A stretch of 37,280 nt of DNA from a virus, in IMG/VR virus record IMGVR_UViG_3300029228_000011. The stretch is one strand, 5' to 3'. The notes beneath the pieces are model-generated. The model did no database searches. It was not told the DNA's origin and saw only the letters and a program-made list of their open reading frames with translations. Each line of letters opens with the position of its first letter. The stretch's first letter is position 1. The position numbers and the translations under genes were made by a program. This document shows positions 7,267 through 15,606 of this stretch, in pieces.

Positions 7267-7689
7267 CTAGGACATCTTGAAATTTTTTAATGCCCATCCG
7301 TGAATTCTTCTTGCATGTCTTGGATCATACCCCATCTTTCTTCCGATATCGTCCCAATTCAGCCCCCACAGATACCTCAGTCGCAGCACCCTCTGCTCAT
7401 CCGGGTTCTCCATACGTCTGATTGCCAGGTCGATCTGTTCACGTGTCCTTGCTTTTTTCAGCCGTTCCCGTTTCAGCCGGCCGATCTGTCTCTCCATAGC
7501 TACCACATAATCCGACAGATCAGACTGCTGGCTGCCTTTCGGCATCCCGTCATTGACCATGGATGGAAACATCTGATCCATCCGGAGTCTCTGGATCTCT
7601 TCCAGGATCTCCTGCTCCCTCCGTTCACATTCCCTGTATCTTCGCAGGAACTCCTTTTTCTTGTCGTTTTCTGTCATCTCCACCGGCAT
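7267..7689 (-). CDS. Late-gene transcriptional regulator, sigma-70 region-4-like HTH (ArpU/RinA-like position)
   Basis: 140 aa. The C-terminus DEQRVLRLRYLWGLNWDDIGRKMGYDPRHARRIHGWALKNF looks like a sigma region 4 HTH. The gene lies just upstream of the packaging module. Confidence 0.7.
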   Translation of the reverse strand: MPVEMTENDKKKEFLRRYRECERREQEILEEIQRLRMDQMFPSMVNDGMPKGSQQSDLSDYVVAMERQIGRLKRERLKKARTREQIDLAIRRMENPDEQRVLRLRYLWGLNWDDIGRKMGYDPRHARRIHGWALKNFKMS

Positions 7690-7912
7690 CGCCTCCCCTC
7701 ATGCATTTCCTTGCTATTATTTCCAGGATTTCACCGTCTTCATCATCGGTGTGTTCTATGTAATGTTCTATAATTTTGACTGATGCCAGTTTTGTCATCT
7801 TGCTCTTTACTGCGGCTGGTTCATGGAATCTTCTGGCTGCATCAGCATCAACACTCTGCTCCAGATGATCATAATGTGCTTTACGTTTTACATTTTTTTC
7901 TGCTGCTTTCAT
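7625..7912 (-). CDS. Hypothetical protein (95 aa)
   Basis: ORF track. The last 65 nt overlap the regulator gene, and the C-terminal 25 aa look low-complexity. Confidence 0.5.
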   Translation of the reverse strand: MKAAEKNVKRKAHYDHLEQSVDADAARRFHEPAAVKSKMTKLASVKIIEHYIEHTDDEDGEILEIIARKCMRGGDAGGDDRKRQEKGVPAKIQGM

Positions 7913-7915
7913 CGC

Positions 7916-8089
7916 TCATCTTCCCGCCCCTTTCATGAACGCCTCAACCATGGCTTTTTTCCAGCTTCTTTCGTATTGTCCACAGCAGTATGCGTTCACT
8001 GTAACATCTCTGAATTCTTCACTCTTCGGGCAATAACACATTCCCTCATCGTGGTATCTGCATGTGTTACACGTTCTGTCGTAATTCAT
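7916..8089 (-). CDS. Cys-rich small protein (57 aa)
   Basis: Not in the track. MNYDRTCNTCRYHDEGMCYCPKSEEFRDVTVNAYCCGQYERSWKKAMVEAFMKGAGR*. SD GGAGGTG lies 7 nt upstream. ATGA overlap with the upstream ORF. Confidence 0.65.
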   Translation of the reverse strand: MNYDRTCNTCRYHDEGMCYCPKSEEFRDVTVNAYCCGQYERSWKKAMVEAFMKGAGR

Positions 8090-8199
8090 CCCATTTCACC
8101 TCCTTGTATGGCTTCATTCAGATCTCGCAGACACTTTTCGCATGTTCCATTCACCATCATCGGACACGATCGGTATCCATCTTGGAACGTGGAAATCAT
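8086..8199 (-). CDS. Possible 37-aa Cys-containing ORF, or the 3' part of an interrupted gene
   Basis: MISTFQDGYRSCPMMVNGTCEKCLRDLNEAIQGGEMG*. No SD. It is in the same frame as 8254..8460, and one TAA is the only stop between them. Confidence 0.3.
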   Translation of the reverse strand: MISTFQDGYRSCPMMVNGTCEKCLRDLNEAIQGGEMG

Positions 8200-8253
8200 T
8201 GCACGGTAACATTGTTCTATTTTCTGCCCTTCATACTGTTCGAAATATGGGCA

Positions 8254-8460
8254 TTATTCTGTCGGATATAAGTTGCCGCCCCTGCACCAGTGTGCCTGCT
8301 CTCCTGGCTTATGACTGTCTGACCACAGATGCCTTTCCGGATAATGATCCGTGTATGGATCTTCCTGTGCTCTGTGATCGTCATAACACCCTCCGTAGGG
8401 ACATCGCTCCGACCAGTAGTAGAGGCAGTAATAACACAGGCAATCACTGCAAGTCACCAT
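8254..8460 (-). CDS. Cys-rich small protein (68 aa)
   Basis: Internal ATG at 8460 of the tracked 104-aa ORF. SD GGGAGGA lies 9 nt upstream, and the start is 1 nt after the stop of the upstream gene. MVTCSDCLCYYCLYYWSERCPYGGCYDD... Confidence 0.6.
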   Translation of the reverse strand: MVTCSDCLCYYCLYYWSERCPYGGCYDDHRAQEDPYTDHYPERHLWSDSHKPGEQAHWCRGGNLYPTE

Positions 8461-8461
8461 T

Positions 8462-9049
8462 CTACTCATCCTCCCTGTATGGCTTCGGCAGCGGCATCCA
8501 GGCATTGACGAACAGGTCATTTGCCAGACAGGTATCTTCGTCGAAGCAATCCCCCAGATACCATGCACCGCCTAATTCTTCATCACCCACGTATCTCCCA
8601 ACCAATGGAAGAGAAAAATTTTCAAACGACATCAGCACATAATCATCATCTTCCGGCAATCTCTCCGTCACGGGGATCCATCCGGATTCCAAACATTTTC
8701 TTTGGTTTCTTAACTGTCTTGCTTTTGCCTCCGCTTCTTTTTCGCTTGTATACACACCAGGTGTATCCCAATCTACCCATTCGTCTGAATACTTGACTTG
8801 TTTTGCTGATACGTCCTGGACTACAAATCCGTTGACATAACAATCCCATTCAGGACGTTCAATCACATCAACCTCATAGATCAAATCACCTGGTTTACAC
8901 GGCACAACAAACAATCTGCCCTCTTCCTCTGCGTCTTCGTATGTCCCTAATCTGCTTGCTACCTCCAGATCTGATGCGTTTACCACGTATTGCATTTTTA
9001 CACTTCCATCTACAAAAATCCACTCATATGCGGTTGTTAATCTCTTCAC
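8462..9049 (-). CDS. DUF551-like domain protein
   Basis: 195 aa. The C-terminal region GWIPVTERLPEDDDYVLM...VNAWMPLPKPY matches the W-x-P-LPE...W-MPLP pattern recalled for phage DUF551. Confidence 0.7.
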   Translation of the reverse strand: MKRLTTAYEWIFVDGSVKMQYVVNASDLEVASRLGTYEDAEEEGRLFVVPCKPGDLIYEVDVIERPEWDCYVNGFVVQDVSAKQVKYSDEWVDWDTPGVYTSEKEAEAKARQLRNQRKCLESGWIPVTERLPEDDDYVLMSFENFSLPLVGRYVGDEELGGAWYLGDCFDEDTCLANDLFVNAWMPLPKPYREDE

Positions 9050-9263
9050 TCTTCTTCCTCCAAATCCGATCTATTTCTTCCAGGACTGCCAGAACCGTCT
9101 TCTCTGCAAATCGTAGATGTCCGTATCGTTCTGCTATCTTTCTGGCATCCTCCACAAGACGTTCCCAGTATTCCTGTGCTGATACCGGTTCCTGGTATTT
9201 CAGCAGCAATCTCCAACAGTCAACCGTGATCTGGTAATGCTGCTGTTTTTCTGCTGCTGTCAT
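9024..9263 (-). CDS. Hypothetical protein (79 aa)
   Basis: ORF track. ATGA-type overlap with the upstream RusA gene. Confidence 0.55.
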   Translation of the reverse strand: MTAAEKQQHYQITVDCWRLLLKYQEPVSAQEYWERLVEDARKIAERYGHLRFAEKTVLAVLEEIDRIWRKKSEEINNRI

Positions 9264-9664
9264 GGCAGCTCCTCAATCCGGATATAGATCCCAGGGATAC
9301 GTGCCCAGAACTTCTCGGCTATCTCTGAGGCTACCAGTGCATCATCTTCCCAGAATCCTACGGTTGTCATACAGTCTTTCAGCAGCTTCTGGAGATTGTC
9401 GGTATCCGGCTTTGTGATCCGGTATTCTCCGTCCTTATGTTTTTCACCTTGTGCAAAGCACCATTTCGTCATCAGCCGCACACCCTTCTGATACGGTTCC
9501 ATGTCTACCGGTTTATACTTGCACAGATGTCCTATGATCTTCTGTCTGGCTCTTTTTAATTCCGGCGGGTCATAGAACACTGGTTTGCCATTGACCACAG
9601 AAACTTTATGTTCCTGGTGTGTTACGGTCGGCGGTTCCATTGGCATAAAAAATTCAATCGCCAT
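9260..9664 (-). CDS. rusA: RusA-family Holliday junction resolvase
   Basis: ITKPDTDNLQKLLKDCMTTVGFWEDDALV matches the RusA catalytic Asp pattern. I moved the start to the ATG at 9664, which has SD GAGGAG 9 nt upstream, rather than 9703. Confidence 0.8.
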   Translation of the reverse strand: MAIEFFMPMEPPTVTHQEHKVSVVNGKPVFYDPPELKRARQKIIGHLCKYKPVDMEPYQKGVRLMTKWCFAQGEKHKDGEYRITKPDTDNLQKLLKDCMTTVGFWEDDALVASEIAEKFWARIPGIYIRIEELP

Positions 9665-9875
9665 GATAATCAACTCCTCTCCAAGTACCAGATACTCTGT
9701 CAAATGTGATGTATCCCCAAGACCTTAATCTGTCAGCAAGCATATTCAACAATTCCGGCTGTTCTTTTATCCACAAGAGCACTTCGTCTTTCGATACGTC
9801 GTAATTTTCTCCAAAAGGGATTCGTCTAAGCGGGGGCATTTGCTTTGCAATTTTAAGTCGTCCATCATGTGACAT
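9654..9875 (-). CDS. Hypothetical protein (73 aa)
   Basis: ORF track. SD AAAGGAGGAA lies upstream of the ATG at 9875. Confidence 0.6.
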   Translation of the reverse strand: MSHDGRLKIAKQMPPLRRIPFGENYDVSKDEVLLWIKEQPELLNMLADRLRSWGYITFDRVSGTWRGVDYHGD

Positions 9876-9931
9876 TTTTCATTCCTCCTTTCCTGTGCGT
9901 CTGTGCTGGGTGGGTATGCTCCTAACCCGTT

Positions 9932-10146
9932 GTGGGGGCGTACTCAATCGCCCCACACTTAGGGTGGGCATGCCCGCACATTCCCGCCCGATTAGGGTAT
10001 ATATTTATATATAGGTGCCGGGCAGGCATTCCCGCTACCTCAAAAACAAGGTGCCGGGCAATTTTTTGCCCGATTCCCGTGACCATGGTCGAGGGAATGC
10101 CCGCAACCTATGTCGTGTTAGGTGCCGGGCATTTGCCCGTGACCTA
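9932..10146. promoter_or_regulatory. Putative origin of replication, or another repeat-rich regulatory region
   Basis: AGGTGCCGGGCA occurs three times in direct orientation (10013, 10049, 10120). cccgtgacc occurs twice (10077, 10136). GC palindromes: gggcatgccc (9966), cgggca-N6-tgcccg and cgggca-N3-tgcccg. AT-rich block gtatatatttatatatag (9997..10014). Non-coding, immediately 3' of the primase-helicase gene. Confidence 0.5.
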
Positions 10147-12411
10147 AACTGTTTCAGGTATCGGGCAAATGCAACGGGTCTCTTTATTGACCATAAATCC
10201 GATGTCTTTTAGTGAATTTCGAACAGTTTTTTCTTCTGGATATTTCTCTCCAACTGCCTCTGCATCCGATTTCAGAACTTCATACAGCTCCTTTACTGTT
10301 GGATATTTGTCATCATGTGTGAATCGGAAATTCTCTATGGCCATCCTATATTTCTCTTTTTTGGCTTTACGCACCTGTTCTCCCTGTTTCTTTCTGGCCT
10401 CTTTTCCCCTCTGCCATGCTGGTTTATTATCTTCAAGCTGGAGGTCTTTCAGGCTTCCAATCTCATCCAGGCGGTGCACTGGATAATCAAACCAGAGATT
10501 GACCGGTTCAAACTTCGGGAACTCTCGAAGCGTCCCCTCAATTCTCCAGGCTGTCTTGCTCCTTACCTTTGCCTTTTCTTTCTCTACCATGCTGCTCAGT
10601 GCGATCATCTGCCATTTGTCCAGGTTGTTTTCACAGTAATTCCACATTGCATTGCAGCTCAGAAGATCATCCTGTGACAAATCATCCTGCCATGCAAAAC
10701 GGCTGTCCAGGTACATCTTGCAGGCGTTACAAATCGCCTTGTTTTCTTCCTGCTGCATCAATGCTTCGGTTGGCTCCAGTTCGATCAGGTCCAGCAATGC
10801 ATCCGGATCCCTGGCAAATACACCCGAACCGGAAGCACGGTCCATGGACTTCTTACCGCCCTGGCTTCCTTTGCTGTGGTGGTGGCAATAGATCACTGCA
10901 CAGCCAAGCTCTGTACACACCTTGTCAAACTGGTTACAGAAGTTCGCCATCTGGTCCGCACTGTTCTCATCTCCTGTGATGACCTTATAGATCGGGTCAA
11001 TGATGATGGCAACATAGTCCTTTTTTGCAGCCCTCCGGATCAGTTTTGGTGCCAGCTTATCCATAGGGATCGACTTACCTCTCAGATTCCAGATATCGAT
11101 GTTCTGCAGGTATTGTGGCTGTTCTATACCCATAGTTGTATACACATCTTTGAAACGGTGCAGACAGCTTGCCCGGTCAAGTTCCAGGTTGACATACAGC
11201 ACTTTTCCCTGTGCACAGTCCCATTTCAGCCACTTCTTCCCCTCTGCAATCGCCACGCACAACTCAATCTGTAAGAAAGATTTCCCTGCTTTTGACGGTC
11301 CTGCGATCAGCATCTTATGTCCTTTTCTCAGGATGCCTTCAATCAGACATGGCGAAAGATCCGGTAGGTTATCCCATACATCGCCCAGGTCTTCTGGCTC
11401 TGGAAGGTCATCATTAATTCCCTCGATCCACTCATACCATTCATTCCAGGATGCTTTTCCGATATTGGTGTCAACCAGGAACTGTTTCTTTCCATTTCGC
11501 ATCACTCCCGGCATCCTGGAAAGTCTGGAAGGGTTCCGGTTCTGCGTGTCTACGATGATCCCGTTTTTCTGGCATACCTCATAGAGATAATCAACCCTTT
11601 TCCGGTATTCGTTGTAGTCCGTAGCGTCCACTTTTACGATTGCATGGAGGCTTTTACCACCGGAGAATACCAGGCATGCGATTGGAAGCTCCAGTTCTCT
11701 TAAAATGGCATTCTGCTTTTCAATTTCCATGTGATCTGATTCCACTAATACATAGCGGTATTCTGTGACATTTGCGTTCTTGCATCCATTTCCATCTAAT
11801 GGATTGAAACGGATCCACGCCCCTGCTTTCGGGTTATAATCACCAACTACTGCACCGATATCTCCGTCACAGCTGTTGAGCTGCTCAATCAGCTGTCCTG
11901 CTGTACGGTCCCACGAACCTTTCTGTGGAAGCCAACTTGTACCCTTTTCATCTATTTTTTCCCAGCTACCCGTCACATAGCCGACATTGTCCCCTGCCTC
12001 AAATAGTGTTTCAAGGTAACGGACAAGCTCTGCAGCCGGGTTCCATTCCTGCGGTTCCTGCAGTTCCATTCCTTCCAGCCACTCCTTGTTCACGATCACA
12101 TGGTCATCGTTCTGGATTGTGTCATCCCATTCCAGTTCATGGCCGCGTTCCGGAACCCATCCATGTTCCAACGCCATTTTTACGATCGTCCCGCCTGTCA
12201 CAGGAGAAGAAGAGCCTGAGAAGCTTTTCCATTTCTTTTCACATTCCCCTGCATGATAGCGTCCAGAATCCCTGCGGCTCCATGCGTCCCAGCAGTCCAT
12301 GGAATAACCTTCTTGTTTCAACGCCATCCCGACATTGATCCATTCCTGGTAGTTCAGGTCACCGGGATTTATGTATTCTATGATCTCCGTCAGACTCGTT
12401 CTCTGTTCCAT
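10144..12411 (-). CDS. DNA primase / replicative ATPase fusion (PriCT-2-like N-terminus, primase core, RecA-like AAA ATPase)
   Basis: 755 aa. The N-terminus WINVGMALKQEGYSMDCWDAWSRRD..KKWKSF is PriCT-2-like. The central SGGKSLHAIVKV is primase-like. Walker A is AGPSKAGKSF and the Walker B region is VAIIIDP. Confidence 0.85.
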   Translation of the reverse strand: MEQRTSLTEIIEYINPGDLNYQEWINVGMALKQEGYSMDCWDAWSRRDSGRYHAGECEKKWKSFSGSSSPVTGGTIVKMALEHGWVPERGHELEWDDTIQNDDHVIVNKEWLEGMELQEPQEWNPAAELVRYLETLFEAGDNVGYVTGSWEKIDEKGTSWLPQKGSWDRTAGQLIEQLNSCDGDIGAVVGDYNPKAGAWIRFNPLDGNGCKNANVTEYRYVLVESDHMEIEKQNAILRELELPIACLVFSGGKSLHAIVKVDATDYNEYRKRVDYLYEVCQKNGIIVDTQNRNPSRLSRMPGVMRNGKKQFLVDTNIGKASWNEWYEWIEGINDDLPEPEDLGDVWDNLPDLSPCLIEGILRKGHKMLIAGPSKAGKSFLQIELCVAIAEGKKWLKWDCAQGKVLYVNLELDRASCLHRFKDVYTTMGIEQPQYLQNIDIWNLRGKSIPMDKLAPKLIRRAAKKDYVAIIIDPIYKVITGDENSADQMANFCNQFDKVCTELGCAVIYCHHHSKGSQGGKKSMDRASGSGVFARDPDALLDLIELEPTEALMQQEENKAICNACKMYLDSRFAWQDDLSQDDLLSCNAMWNYCENNLDKWQMIALSSMVEKEKAKVRSKTAWRIEGTLREFPKFEPVNLWFDYPVHRLDEIGSLKDLQLEDNKPAWQRGKEARKKQGEQVRKAKKEKYRMAIENFRFTHDDKYPTVKELYEVLKSDAEAVGEKYPEEKTVRNSLKDIGFMVNKETRCICPIPETV

Positions 12412-12413
12412 TT

Positions 12414-13997
12414 TTATACTCCTTTATACGTTCCAGGATCTATGTCCATTGGGGTCCGCCAGCCATTTGCCGCTATGCGGTCGATTAGGTCTTTCGCCTT
12501 TTCGAACTGCCAGGTACCAACATGCTGAAATCCTTTTCCCTCCAGAAACCGGATCTGCTTCGGGGTTGTAAGACCTTCCCGCTTTCTCTTGTCCAGGCGG
12601 TCTAATATCTTAGCTGCTTTCCCGGCATTGTCGATCTGATCCGGCATGATCCCCAGCTTTTCAAGTGCATTTTTCTGTTTGTCAGAAGGCGGTCCCATTT
12701 CCCAGCCAAAACTTGGCACATATCCAGACAGATCTTCTGCCTGGATGCTCATCTCAAACTGCAATGGATCCACAAGCTTCTTTTTGCGTCTCTTCATTTC
12801 TGCAAGTTGTTTTGCCAGTGCCTCTTCTCTCTGTGCAACGACATCCTCAGATGCTGTTTTTTCTGCCTCCTCGATGTCAACCGGCATGCCTGCTTCCTTT
12901 TCCAGATTTTCGGTCATCTTCTGTGCTACTTCTTCGTTCTCACAGATCAGACTTGCGGGGTGGCACAGCTCATGCTTTTCGGTGTGCCACAAAAAATCCA
13001 GCAAAAGCAGGTGGTCTTTCCCAGGTGATAACCTGGTGCCACGCCCCACCATCTGACAATACAGGCTGCGTACTTTTGTAGGTCTTAAGACAACCACACA
13101 GTCCACAGATGGGCAGTCCCATCCTTCTGTCAGCAGCATGGAATTGCATAATACGTTATATTTCCCTTCTTCAAAATCCTTTAAGATCTCTGCCCGGTCC
13201 TGGCTGTCTCCATTTACTTCTGCAGCACAGAATCCGTATTCATTCAACAGATCCCTGAATTTCTGGCTGGTCTTTACCAGTGGCAAAAATACCACCGTCT
13301 TTTTATCTTTGCAGTACTTCTGCATCTCTTCCGCGATCCCTTGCAGATACGGATCCAGGGCAGTGCTGATGTCACTGGCTTTAAAGTCACCCGCCTGTAC
13401 CGTTACGCCACTCATATCAATCTTCAATGGGATCGTCAGGGCTTTGATCGGTGTCAGGTAACCCTCCTTGATTGCCTTAGGGAGTGTATATTCATATGCC
13501 AGCGTTTCAAAATAGGAACCAAGGTTCCGCATATCGCCCCTGTCCGGTGTTGCTGTCACACCCAGCACATGGGCATTGGGGAAATGCTGCAATACACGCT
13601 GGTAGCTGTCAGAAATGCAGTGATGTGCCTCATCTATGATGATTGTATTAAAATAGTCTTCCGTGAACTGACTGAGCCGCTTTTCACGCATCATCGTCTG
13701 TACGGAACCGACTACGATGCGGAACCAGCTGTCCTTACAGGATTCTTCTGCTTTTTCCATCGCACAGCCAAGCCCGGTCGATTTCCGTATCTTATCGGAT
13801 GCCTGTTCGAGCAGTTCGCCCCTGTGTGCCAGGATCAGCACACGGTCACCTCTGCGGACGCAGTCCTCCGTCACCTTGGCGAATACGATCGTCTTTCCGC
13901 ATCCGGTTGGCAGGACCAGCAGGGTTTTCTTCACCCCGCTGTCCCACTGTTCAAATATGGCTTCTCTTGCCTCCTGCTGATATGGTCGTAAATCCAT
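12414..13997 (-). CDS. Superfamily-2 DEAD/DEAH-box helicase
   Basis: 527 aa. Motif I LPTGCGKT, motif II IIDEAHH, motif III VTATP, motif VI QMVGRGTR. Confidence 0.9.
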   Translation of the reverse strand: MDLRPYQQEAREAIFEQWDSGVKKTLLVLPTGCGKTIVFAKVTEDCVRRGDRVLILAHRGELLEQASDKIRKSTGLGCAMEKAEESCKDSWFRIVVGSVQTMMREKRLSQFTEDYFNTIIIDEAHHCISDSYQRVLQHFPNAHVLGVTATPDRGDMRNLGSYFETLAYEYTLPKAIKEGYLTPIKALTIPLKIDMSGVTVQAGDFKASDISTALDPYLQGIAEEMQKYCKDKKTVVFLPLVKTSQKFRDLLNEYGFCAAEVNGDSQDRAEILKDFEEGKYNVLCNSMLLTEGWDCPSVDCVVVLRPTKVRSLYCQMVGRGTRLSPGKDHLLLLDFLWHTEKHELCHPASLICENEEVAQKMTENLEKEAGMPVDIEEAEKTASEDVVAQREEALAKQLAEMKRRKKKLVDPLQFEMSIQAEDLSGYVPSFGWEMGPPSDKQKNALEKLGIMPDQIDNAGKAAKILDRLDKRKREGLTTPKQIRFLEGKGFQHVGTWQFEKAKDLIDRIAANGWRTPMDIDPGTYKGV

Positions 13998-14000
13998 TAT

Positions 14001-14444
14001 TTAAAATCTCCCCGGCTGGAATCCCTGTGCCTCTTTTGCATACAGCTTGTCAATAAAGTTGAACATCTTACTTGCATCTTTTGTTCCAGGTCTTAAGCCG
14101 ACTTTCGCCGTTCCGGTCTTTCCTGGAAGCTGGTTCCAGCACATCTTGAGCGGCTCCCCTTTCTTTTTCAGACCGGTTGCACAGAACAGTTCGGAAAGTT
14201 TCCATTCCAGCTTGCTGTGCAGGATATAATTCTCGCGGATGGTCACTTCTCTGCCCTTATGGTTGATGCGGAAGTATACGACCGCCATGTTGCACGGCGG
14301 CAGCTTTGCACTTCCTGATGATCTGCTGCGTTCAAACTTGTCAATGACAAAATCGTAATCCCCTTCCGGGATCGGTTCAAACTCCTGTCCGTCATTCTGG
14401 ATGACATCGTCCCATCCAAACTCTCTTCCTGATTCTTCACTCAT
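14001..14444 (-). CDS. DUF669-like protein of the phage replication/recombination module
   Basis: MSEESGREFGWDDVIQNDGQEFEPIPEGDYDF matches the recalled DUF669 N-terminus. I moved the start to the ATG at 14444, which has SD AGGAGG 9 nt upstream, rather than 14486. Confidence 0.75.
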   Translation of the reverse strand: MSEESGREFGWDDVIQNDGQEFEPIPEGDYDFVIDKFERSRSSGSAKLPPCNMAVVYFRINHKGREVTIRENYILHSKLEWKLSELFCATGLKKKGEPLKMCWNQLPGKTGTAKVGLRPGTKDASKMFNFIDKLYAKEAQGFQPGRF

Positions 14445-14463
14445 TGTTATTGTCCTCCTAATT

Positions 14464-15606
14464 TTAATTAAATGGTATTTCTTCACTGTTTAACATTGCA
14501 TCGATTGCAGCCTTTACCTGCTGCCAGCATGGCACCAGAAGGCCGTCCACAATTCCAGGGTTTACGGTATCGTATTCCCACAGTTCCGTCCCATAAGGGA
14601 CATAGCCCTTTGTTTCGCATACGCTCTTGACGTTCCACTCATCCACCTGATCTTTTATCATCAGGTCTCTAAGTGCTTTCGGGATTCTTGGATCCGGCTC
14701 TGTATAACCTTTTTCCTCAGTCTTCTGAGGTGTGGATTCCGTTGTCGGCGGCATTGTCATCTGTTCCATCGGTTCTTTCTGCTTGACAGGTTCCGGAGCC
14801 GTCACCACTGGCTTTGGTTCTTCCTGTTTCTTTTCTTCTGCCGCAGTTTTGACTGGGACAGGAGATGATCCTGCTTTTCCTTCTTCAATCACCTGTGCAA
14901 TGGATGCATAGGAAAATGGTACTTCTTCCGGAAGACCGTAACGGTTCTTGGCATCCCAGCACGCATGGTGTGAGGTATACATGACCCGCTCACCGCCCTG
15001 GGCTTTTCGTTTCTTCCCCTTGTCATCGACCGCCACGGAAAATGTCTTGTAATTCGCAAACAGCAGCATATCCGCCCATTCCTTGATTAGCGGGGATGTC
15101 TGGGAGCTGGTTTTCTTCCCCAACTTCAACTCCCATCGATCATAGGCTCCCAGTTCATCCGGCTGTTCAAATTTTCGGATCTGTGCGTGTGCTGTGAGTA
15201 CTACGTTGATATTTGCCTCTACAACTTCCGAAAGTTTGTTCAGGAAACGGCCAAGTTCTTCCTTTACATATACATACCCATTTCCATAACCAAAATCTTC
15301 GATGCCGTTCTTCCGGTGCTTGTCGCAGATATGCTGGATGCACATGGCTTCTGCCCAGTCGATCGTATCAATGACCAGCGTTCTGCATGTCTCCGGATGG
15401 GTTCTCACATAATCAACCTGCTGCAGGATCATCTGCCAGCTGGATGCTTTCGGCAGTCTTGCCACATCCATAGAATTTGTGCTTCCTTCGGTATCAATAA
15501 AAACGGGATCCGGGAACTGACTTGCGAATGTAGACTTTCCGATTCCTTCCGGTCCGTAGATCACGACTTTTTTTGCACACGGAATCTTGCCTCTGATAAT
15601 CTCCAT
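14464..15606 (-). CDS. Sak4-like / AAA_24 RecA-fold ATPase with a Pro-rich linker and a C-terminal extension
   Basis: 380 aa. Walker A VVIYGPEGIGKSTF, followed by FIDTEGST. Typical partner of DUF669 and an SF2 helicase. Confidence 0.8.
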   Translation of the reverse strand: MEIIRGKIPCAKKVVIYGPEGIGKSTFASQFPDPVFIDTEGSTNSMDVARLPKASSWQMILQQVDYVRTHPETCRTLVIDTIDWAEAMCIQHICDKHRKNGIEDFGYGNGYVYVKEELGRFLNKLSEVVEANINVVLTAHAQIRKFEQPDELGAYDRWELKLGKKTSSQTSPLIKEWADMLLFANYKTFSVAVDDKGKKRKAQGGERVMYTSHHACWDAKNRYGLPEEVPFSYASIAQVIEEGKAGSSPVPVKTAAEEKKQEEPKPVVTAPEPVKQKEPMEQMTMPPTTESTPQKTEEKGYTEPDPRIPKALRDLMIKDQVDEWNVKSVCETKGYVPYGTELWEYDTVNPGIVDGLLVPCWQQVKAAIDAMLNSEEIPFN

